This document shows positions 8,663 through 16,049 of a DNA stretch of 16,049 bases, piece after piece (within the stretch, counting starts at the first letter, position 1; the number at the start of each line of letters is the position of its first letter). The notes beneath the pieces are model-generated. The model was not told the DNA's origin. It did no database searches and worked only from the letters and a program-made list of their open reading frames with translations. The DNA is from Octopus sinensis (Eukaryota). The position numbers and the translations under genes were made by a program. The DNA is taken from positions 1-16,049 of the forward strand of contig NW_021825273.1 of the NCBI RefSeq assembly GCF_006345805.1. The letters are read 5' to 3'.

Positions 8663-8712
8663 CATCTATCTATCTATATCTATATCTATCTATCTATCTG
8701 TCTATCTATCTG

Positions 8713-8769
<57 letters not shown>

Positions 8770-8875
8770 ATCTATCTATCTATCTATCTATCTGTCTATC
8801 TATCTATCTATCTATCTATCTATTCTATCTATCTATCTACTATCTATATCTATCTATCTATCTGTCTATCTATCT

Positions 8876-8936
<61 letters not shown>

Positions 8937-8992
8937 ATCTATCTATCTATCTATCTATCTGTCTATCTATCTGTCTATCTATCTGTCTATCC

Positions 8993-9023
<31 letters not shown>

Positions 9024-9058
9024 CTATCTATCTCTATCTATCTATCTATCTATCTATC

Positions 9059-9060
<2 letters not shown>
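8310..9060. repeat. ~750-bp (TATC)n (= GATA) tetranucleotide array
   Basis: Direct reading; interspersed TGTC/TATA variants. Confidence 0.98.
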
Positions 9061-9113
<53 letters not shown>

Positions 9114-9201
9114 ATATATGTGTGTGTGTGGTGTGTGTGCATATGTATACATATACATACACATATGTATATATATATGTGTGTATGTATGTATGTATGT
9201 A
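9061..9201. repeat. (TA)n/(TG)n/(TATG)n compound microsatellite
   Basis: Direct reading. Confidence 0.95.
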
Positions 9202-9386
9202 TAGGATGTGAGGTCTATTTGAAATCAGATGTTTACTACCAAAACATTGTTTTCCTGGGGCTAATTTACGTTGGCAAATGAGAAACTTGTGCACAAAGGT
9301 TTATTGAAATACATTCGATTTTCGCAAGATGGAAGATGCTTTATTAGATTACCAAAAATGTCTTCAAATACACCTTGCACCATGTA

Positions 9387-9430
<44 letters not shown>

Positions 9431-9438
9431 ATATATAT

Positions 9439-9538
9439 CACTGCGTGGCATCTTGGGCAAGTGCCTTCTGCTATAGCCTCGGGCCGATCAAAGCCTTGTG
9501 AGTGGATTTGGTAGATGGAAACTGAAAGAAGCCCGTCG
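9439..9538 (+). mobile_element. Family A SINE internal fragment (local duplicate of 9606-9705)
   Basis: 100 bp with 2 mismatches to 9606-9705. Confidence 0.9.
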
Positions 9539-9551
9539 AACATATCTATAT

Positions 9552-9795
9552 GTGGCTGTGTGGTAAGTAGCTTGCTTACCAACCACATGGTTCCGGGTTC
9601 AGTCCCACTGCGTGGCATCTTGGGCAAGTGTCTTCTGCTATAGCCTCGGGCCGATCAAAGCCTTGTGAGTGGATTTGGTAGACGGAAACTGAAAGAAGCC
9701 CGTCGTATATATGTGTAGATATATATGTGTGTGTGTTTGTGTCTGTGTTTGTCCCCCCAACATCGCTTGACAACCGATGCTGGTGTGTTTACGTA
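9552..9795 (+). mobile_element. Family A SINE, 3'-truncated
   Basis: Nearly identical to 6195-6440. Confidence 0.92.
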
Positions 9796-9854
9796 TCCAA
9801 CATGTCCTTGGTATATATATATATATATATATATATAGAACAGCAAGGTTGAAT

Positions 9855-9925
9855 GCGTGCCAACTTGGCTGCTATTTCTGACAGTTCGAGTGACCCGTTC
9901 CGAGGTTCCCCTGGACTCTTCGTTA
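9855..9925 (-). mobile_element. Family D fragment
   Basis: Minus strand GTCACTCGAACTGTCAGAAATAGCAGCCAA resembles GTCGCTCGACATGCTAGAAATAGCA at 5922-5947. Confidence 0.5.
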
Positions 9926-10024
9926 CGTAACAATGGTAGGCGAATGTGGTGGCGGTGGTGGTGCTACCGCTTGTTTATATGCAAGACCTGTTTCTATCCA
10001 ACCTAAACGTCTTTTTATTGCCAT

Positions 10025-10790
10025 CCATCTCTCCCCTTCCCCCTTCTCTCCCCCTTCTCTCTCTCTCACTTCTCTGTCTTGCGCTCTCCTCTCTCTTTCT
10101 CTCCTCTCTCACTCTCTCTCTTCCTCTCTCTCTCTCCTACTTACACGCACTCCATTATCGCGTAACAAAATAAAACAGCTGAAACAAACTCAATTTGTAA
10201 ATAGTTATGTCAGTGTGTGTGCGCGTATTAAATGGTGGTGGTGGTGGTGGTGGTTGGGTGGTGGTGGTGGTGGTGTGTCTTCTCCTTTGTTCACAATGTT
10301 TTCTATATCTGTTGTGCGTGTGTGTGTGAGAGAGAGAGAGAGAAAGAGAGAGAGAGGGAGAGAGAGACAGTGAGAGATAGAAAGGAAGAACGAGAGAGAG
10401 AGAGAGAGACAGGGTTTGTGTATGTGTGTGAACTCAGATTATATATCTTACGTATTGTACACACACACACACATATACACGCACATGCACACACTGACAC
10501 TCACACACACATACACACACACACACATAAACACATATGTTTGTGTATGTGTGTGTATGTATATATATATGCGTGTGTATGTAATTGTTTGTGTGTGAGT
10601 GTGTGGTGTAAAATATATATATATATATATATATACACAAATACATACATATATATATATATACATGGGTATGCAAAGGAAAAAGAGAAAGAGAGCGGAT
10701 GAGAGATTATGTAGATATGCTCATACACACACACACATACACACACACACATACACACACACATACACACACACACATACACACACATTC
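10025..10790. repeat. Compound microsatellite block: (CT)n 10025-10140, (GGT)n 10233-10274, (GA)n 10327-10410, (CA)n/(TG)n/(TA)n 10459-10790
   Basis: Direct reading. Confidence 0.93.
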
Positions 10791-10896
10791 GTAAACACAA
10801 ACACGAACATTAACCCTTCATCCCCCCACACACACACTTGTACACCTACATTGTTGAAGAAAGCACTGTTTACCCCTCCTTTCTCATGACAGGCAG

Positions 10897-11034
10897 CCAC
10901 CACCACCATACCACCACCACCACCACCACCACTACCATACCACCACCACCACCACCACCACTACCATACCACCACCACCACCACCACCACTACCATTACT
11001 ACCATTATTACTACTACTACTACTACTACTACTA

Positions 11035-11078
<44 letters not shown>

Positions 11079-11079
11079 T

Positions 11080-11114
<35 letters not shown>

Positions 11115-11115
11115 T

Positions 11116-11153
<38 letters not shown>

Positions 11154-11154
11154 T

Positions 11155-11192
<38 letters not shown>

Positions 11193-11193
11193 T

Positions 11194-11234
<41 letters not shown>

Positions 11235-11235
11235 T

Positions 11236-11305
<70 letters not shown>

Positions 11306-11680
11306 TTACTACTACTACTACTACTCTACTACTACTACTACTACTACTAGTGCTGCTGCTATTCCTCCTCCTCCTACTACTACTACCAATTCTACCACCG
11401 GTACAACTAACACCAGAACCACCACCACCACCACCGAAAACAACAACAACAACAACAACGCCATCACCATTATTCTAAGACCCCCCCATGCCGTCGCAAC
11501 GAGGACAACGACCCCCGACCACCCCCTCCACCATTACCACCACCGATACCACCACCACCACCAAGTACTAGGACTATAACTGCTACTGCTACTACTACTA
11601 CTACTATTACTACTCTCATCACCACCACCACTACCACCACCACCACTACCATCACCACCACCACTACCACCACCACCACT
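10897..11680. repeat. (ACC)n then long (ACT)n tract with periodic ATT, then mixed ACC/AAC/ACT
   Basis: Direct reading. Confidence 0.96.
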
Positions 11681-11786
11681 GCTGGTACCGCCACCCGTCA
11701 CATCCCCCCATCTCCACGCCACCATCGCAACACCCCCTCCCCCCCCAACGCCTCCACCCTCGGAGCCACCAACACATTTTCACCGT

Positions 11787-11865
11787 TTATTAATAAGGTC
11801 AACGATATTAGAGCCTGGCTGGCTCTCTATGTTTACATAATTTGCATATTGACCCCGGATGACCT
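11787..11865. promoter_or_regulatory. Candidate enhancer motif cluster (NR half-site, FOX, octamer, DR4)
   Basis: AGGTCA 11796-11801, TGTTTAC 11830-11836, ATTTGCAT 11840-11847, TGACCC-CGGA-TGACCT 11850-11865. Motif match only. Confidence 0.35.
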
Positions 11866-11987
11866 CGACTATGTCTTACATGTCAAACAAATATACAATG
11901 AAGTTCAGGGACTATCTATTTATCTTCCTGCTCCCCCCCCCCTTACACCCCACCCGGCTCCCCCCACACATATAAAATATATATACA

Positions 11988-12150
11988 GGCGCAGGAGTGG
12001 CTGTGTGGTAGGAAGCCTGCTTCCAGCCATGTAGTTCTGGGTTCAGTTCCGCTGCGTGGTACCTTTGGGATGTGTATTCTACTATAGCCTCGGGCCGACC
12101 AGAGTTTTGATAGTGGATTTGGTAGACGGAAACTGAAAGAAGCCCGTCGT
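11988..12150 (+). mobile_element. Family A SINE, 5' half
   Basis: GGCGCAGGAGTGGCTGTGTGGTA..GGAAACTGAAAGAAGCCCGTCGTA. Confidence 0.9.
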
Positions 12151-12415
12151 ACACACGGACATAACCCCTATCTTACTTTGTACTAGACACAAGAGCCACT
12201 CCTAATTCCTTCTCCCTTGACCTTAAACAATACTAAGCCCTACAACACAGAGATTTACAGCCACAACCACACACACACACACGTGTTATCATTGCACACA
12301 TACACACACACACACACGCACACGCAGACCTTCGCTCACGCACATACCCACACTTACACACACATGCCTCCTCTTGCACTCTCCTGTCTTTGAAAGAAAT
12401 TTTCTTCACCCATTT

Positions 12416-12635
12416 CCTTCCGGTCATTCAAAATGTGACCGCGTGTGTACCGTTGGCGATTTTTTTTTCCTCCGTCTTCCCTTCTTTGGATCTTTCCTTT
12501 TCCTATGTTTCTGACGAAGAGTTCCGCTCGAAACGTTAAACCCTGCTTCTTTCCTTCTTTCCTGAGCGTCCAATAATACTATATTTGTTCCACGTCCTCG
12601 CGTTGTTGTGTTTTTTGTGCTTTCTTGTTTGGATT
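12416..12635 (+). mobile_element. Hammerhead-bearing dispersed repeat, copy 2
   Basis: Colinear with 1484-1690 over ~200 bp. Confidence 0.82.
12507..12541 (+). ncRNA. Minimal type I hammerhead ribozyme motif, intact core (predicted cleavage after GUU, 12537)
   Basis: GTTT-CTGACGA-A-GAGT(TCC)GCTC-GAA-ACGT-T-AAAC: stem I GUUU/AAAC, CUGACGA, stem II GAGU/GCUC, GAAA, palindromic ACGU stem III, H17=U. Confidence 0.78.
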
Positions 12636-12637
12636 AA

Positions 12638-12644
12638 TTATATA

Positions 12645-12706
<62 letters not shown>
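12638..12706. repeat. (TA)n microsatellite (the SINE A internal repeat)
   Basis: Direct reading. Confidence 0.95.
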
Positions 12707-12708
<2 letters not shown>

Positions 12709-12865
12709 GGCGGGCCTTCTTCAGTTTCTGTCTACCAGATCCATTCACAAGGTTATGGTCGGCCTGAGGCTATAGTAGAAGACACTTGCAAATGGTGCTA
12801 CGCAGTAGGACTGAACACGGAACCATGTGGTTGGTAAGCAAGCTTCTTACCACACAGCCACGCCT
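12707..12865 (-). mobile_element. Family A SINE, 5' half
   Basis: Reverse complement matches 6187-6350. Confidence 0.9.
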
Positions 12866-13124
12866 GTACACGATTAAAAAGAAGCTTATTAACATCGTTA
12901 AGTTACAAATTTCGTACCATACTAAGATTAAAAGGAATTTCCATACGCTGGCGGTCACCATACAACTGACGGTTTAGCAGCTAAAATTCTTAAAACTGCG
13001 AATTAAATGTAAGAAATGGAAACTGGTAAAATACGGACGACGAGATTTGCATAGCAAAATGTTGCACCACTTGGTTATGAAACGGCCGTAGTTCCCGTTT
13101 TATCTGTTCTAATCCTTATTTATT

Positions 13125-13510
13125 TGGATTGGCTGTGTGGTAAGATGCTTGCTTCCCAACCACATAATTTCTGGTTCGGTCTCTCTGCGTGGCACCTTGG
13201 GCAAGTGTCTTCTGCTATAGCCTCGGGCCTACAAAAGCCTTGTGAGTGAATTTGGCAGATGGAAACTGAAAGAAGCGCAGTGTAAATGTATGTGTGTGTA
13301 TATTTGCCCCCGTCCCCTACCATCACCGCTTGACAACCGGTATTGATGTGTCTACATCCCTGTAACTTAGCGGTTCGGCAAAAGAGACCGATAGAATAAG
13401 TACAAGGCTTTAAAAATAAGTGCAGGGGTCGATTTGTTCAACTAAAATCCTTCAAGGCGGTGCCCCAGCGTGGCCGCAGTCAGATGAGGGAAACAAACAA
13501 AAGAATAAGA
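13125..13510 (+). mobile_element. Family A SINE, near full length, diverged
   Basis: TGGCTGTGTGGTAAG..CACCTTGGGCAAGTGTCTTCT..TAACTTAGCGGTTCGGCAAAAGAGACCGATAGAATAAGTAC..GGCCGCAGTC..AAAAGAATAAGA. Confidence 0.9.
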
Positions 13511-14166
13511 GAATTTATGTATTTATGGGGGTGTTAAGAGAAAAAAGAAATACTGCAGACCTCCTCAGGTTGTATATCAATCAGCCAATTAGCCAACATC
13601 AACCGATCAATAATTCAACATAAACGGGGCAAATTAATGTCAACACTGCACTGCGGAGAAGTACCATATATTAACCAATCAAACCGATATTTTAGTTGAG
13701 ATTATGTCAGACAACAATTACGTGGGGATAACATAAAAAGATTTTACCCAGCAAATTTCAACTGCCAGATGTAGATAGAAATGCGAGTACTCATTTAGCA
13801 TTGCCTTCCAACATGGGATGGTAATTAACAATGGATTAAATTACTATTTTCTTCTGAGGATTTGGTGTTTCAATATGATTACACAACCATCTACCAAACG
13901 ATAACTTCTGAATATACTAGTGTTCGCTGGTGGAACACACGTAAACATTATGCAGTTTATCATGTTATAATAAAACGATAAACTAAACTTCCTTTTTTAT
14001 TCCGCTTTCATATATATATTCCGTGTAACTCCTATTAGCAAATGAAACATGTGTAATGGTGAATAACTAATACCAAAACTTTCGAATTTCCTATTTTGTT
14101 ATATGTATATAGTATGTGTGCGCGCGCGGTTGTTGTGTTGTTGTATGTGTTGTATATACGTATGTG

Positions 14167-14223
<57 letters not shown>

Positions 14224-14384
14224 CGCACATACAACCACAGTACAGTATATGCGTACAATTCACACCGAATAAATAATAATCCGAAACATCAAACAGTTTT
14301 GCTGATAAAAGCTAAGAGCTCTAGAATTAACTAACAAAGATAAAGGTGTGGCTATAATCTTTATTTACGTACATGTATTAACTG

Positions 14385-14424
14385 TATGTGTGTGTGTCTG
14401 TATGTGTTCCTATGCATATGTCTC

Positions 14425-14476
<52 letters not shown>

Positions 14477-14565
14477 ACATACATACACAAACACACAAAG
14501 TACTGTATATCTGCAGGGGGTTTGTTAATGTTTATAAGTTCTTATGTAGGATTCTGATGTATGTA

Positions 14566-14607
<42 letters not shown>

Positions 14608-14632
14608 TGTGTCTTTGTGTATGCATATGCAT
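14385..14632. repeat. (TG)n/(TA)n microsatellites
   Basis: Direct reading; a further (TA)n tract lies at ~14165-14220. Confidence 0.9.
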
Positions 14633-14639
14633 ATACGAC

Positions 14640-14745
14640 TGATCCTCCGTCGGTTACGACGACGACGAGGGTTCCAGTCGCTCCGGTCAACGGAACAACC
14701 TGATTGAGAAATTAACGTGCAGGTGGCTGAGCACTCCACAGACAG
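14640..14745 (-). mobile_element. Probable 3' fragment of another cephalopod SINE
   Basis: GGTTACGACGACGAGGGTTCCAGT..ATCAACGGAACA..GAAATTAACGTGCA.GTGGCTGAGCACTCCACAGAC matches a common octopus SINE end from recall; no second copy in the window. Confidence 0.5.
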
Positions 14746-14821
14746 GTATATAGCGTGCCTGCATACACGTGCCCAGGGATAGCACAAATAATTGATACCG
14801 ATAGTAAATATGGATACTATT

Positions 14822-14970
14822 AGGACGTAGCACATGCAATGTATTAATAAGAGACGCTCAGAGAAGGAAAGAGTGGTTGTTTTGGGTTTCGAGCTAAGCT
14901 CTTCTTCGGAAACAGGAGACAGAGGAAAATGCAAAAGAAAAGGAAGAAGGTGGGAAAAATCGCCAACAGT
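14822..14970 (-). mobile_element. Hammerhead-bearing dispersed repeat, copy 3 (diverged)
   Basis: Minus strand GTTGGCGATTTTT..TGTTTCCGAAGAAGAGCTTAGCTCGAAAC..CTGAGCGTC..TAATA..ACGTCC is colinear with copy 2. Confidence 0.75.
14878..14914 (-). ncRNA. Degenerate minimal hammerhead motif (core U4>C, stem III palindrome lost)
   Basis: TGTTT-CCGAAGA-A-GAGC(TTA)GCTC-GAA-ACCC-A-AAACA on the minus strand. Confidence 0.55.
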
Positions 14971-15297
14971 CCAGTATGCTTGTATGTACAGTGGTCGACT
15001 GAGTCTAAAAATATAGGTTGCCAGGAGACTAAGGGGACCCACCCGCAACTACAACAATGTCATTTATTTATTTATTTATTTATTTTTTTATTTATTTATT
15101 GTTAAAAGTATTCTTTTGAACTGTGTACAAACACAGCCAGGCTGAAATAATGCTTTCTTCCAGGAGTGAATAAAAAAATTCTCAGACTTGAGGGAATGGG
15201 CCCCTTAGATACTAATATGGGCCCCCATTTATGGATTCTAATGGCGCAGGGGCCCACTTGCCATCGGGCAAGCTGGCAACCTGGCCAGTCTGTCACT

Positions 15298-15536
15298 GTG
15301 CATGTATGCATGTATGTATGTGTATGTGTGTATATATGTATGCATGTATGTATGTATGTATGAATGAATGTATGTATGTATGTATGTATGAATGTATGTA
15401 TGTATGTATGTATGTATGTATGTATGCATGCATGCATGCATGCATGTATGTATGTATGTATGTATGTGTGTGTTTGTGTGTGTGTATGTATGCATGTATG
15501 TATGCATGTATGTGTGTTATGTATGTATGAGTGTGT

Positions 15537-15567
<31 letters not shown>

Positions 15568-15617
15568 GTATGTATATATGTATGTATGTATATATGTATG
15601 TATGTGTGCGTATATAT
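15298..15617. repeat. (TATG)n/(CATG)n tetranucleotide array
   Basis: Direct reading. Confidence 0.96.
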
Positions 15618-15619
15618 GT

Positions 15620-16049
15620 TTTATTCTGTTTTTATTTGAATTCTTCCTCAGATGAAGGAGCTGATGACGAAAACAACGTCACATTTTAAATTTGAAAAAG
15701 TCTTGCATATTTTCACTGTTCCACTTACATTTTGTACTGTAATGTGCAAGTTAGTTGGTTGATCTCTCTTTCCGAAACCCTTAACTTCTCAACATTGTCA
15801 GTTATTTACTCACAAAGCCAAGCGCACCAAGTATCATTGAAATAAATGTGAATTTATAATCTGATTACAAGAGCTGAAGGCTTCGAAGCAGTTGTCCATA
15901 GTTATCTTCTGTCTCTTTGATTTTAAGGGAAATCCGCATCCGCAGAGCAGCTGCCCTCCGTGACGGTACATACTTTTCCTTGTTGTCCCAAATAACAATG
16001 TCCGGCTTGTTATGCTTACACTTGACAGCTGTTTCGATGAGAATGTTTC
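15620..16049 (-). mobile_element. Decayed 3' end of a non-LTR retrotransposon with restriction-like endonuclease (R4/Dong-like); continues beyond the window
   Basis: Frameshift-corrected minus-strand translation: NILIETAVKCKHNKPDIVIWDNKEK/VCTVTEGSCSADA/ISLKIKETEDNYGQLLRSLQLL*SDYKFTFISMILGALGFVSK*../QNVSGTVKICKTF/FKFKM* (stop 15679-15681). HNKPDIV (KPD at 16008-16000), E-x-S-C-x-A-D, K..E..Y, GALG and GTxKI match the PD-(D/E)xK RLE C-terminus of R4-clade elements. A ~60-nt 3' UTR follows. Confidence 0.8.

Noticed and set aside
8310-9060. Regular arrays as CRISPR-like repeats
   Set aside because: They are pure short-period microsatellites without unique spacers, in a eukaryotic context.
13769-13820. 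Possible 52-nt micro-exon (CAG|ATGTAGAT..GGATG|GTAATT, DVDRNASTHLALPSNMGW)
   Set aside because: Weak polypyrimidine tract and no recognisable protein similarity; needs RNA-seq junction support.
15015-15282. 10-bp inverted repeat AGGTTGCCAG/CTGGCAACCT resembling hAT-type TIRs
   Set aside because: Too short, and no flanking 8-bp TSD.
15630-15770. Apparent splice acceptor TTCTTCCTCAG|ATGAAGGAG and CTGATGA-C-GAAA
   Set aside because: It is the antisense of the RLE retrotransposon 3' UTR and stop region; the hammerhead-like string has no stem II.
16018-16049. Minus-strand GAA-ACAGCTGT-C, resembling a hammerhead palindromic stem III with a GUC site
   Set aside because: Fully explained as codons (IETAVKCKH) in frame with the RLE motif HNKPD; no CUGANGA in the window.

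Overview
This is a 16-kb non-coding, eukaryotic window, probably intronic or intergenic. The SINE families and the extreme microsatellite load resemble an octopus (coleoid cephalopod) genome; that assignment comes from recall, not a database search. I found no host protein-coding gene. Essentially all ORFs in the supplied track are translations of simple repeats or chance frames in SINEs. The window contains: (1) many microsatellite tracts; (2) three tRNA-derived SINE families (A, B, C) and an older retroposon family (D); (3) a Helentron-type non-autonomous element nested in a duplicated hAT-like remnant; (4) the decayed 3' end of a restriction-like-endonuclease (R4/Dong-like) non-LTR retrotransposon on the minus strand at the right edge, missed by the ORF track. 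The most interesting signal is a ~200-bp dispersed repeat present three times (~1484-1690 +, ~12416-12635 +, ~14822-14970 -). Each copy carries a minimal type I hammerhead ribozyme motif of the Penelope-like-element kind, with a compensatory base-pair change between copies; the copy at 12507-12541 has an intact core. Other leads are a ~50-bp target-site duplication around one SINE, an inverted SINE pair enclosing the intact hammerhead, and a compact motif cluster (DR4 + octamer + FOX) at ~11790-11865.
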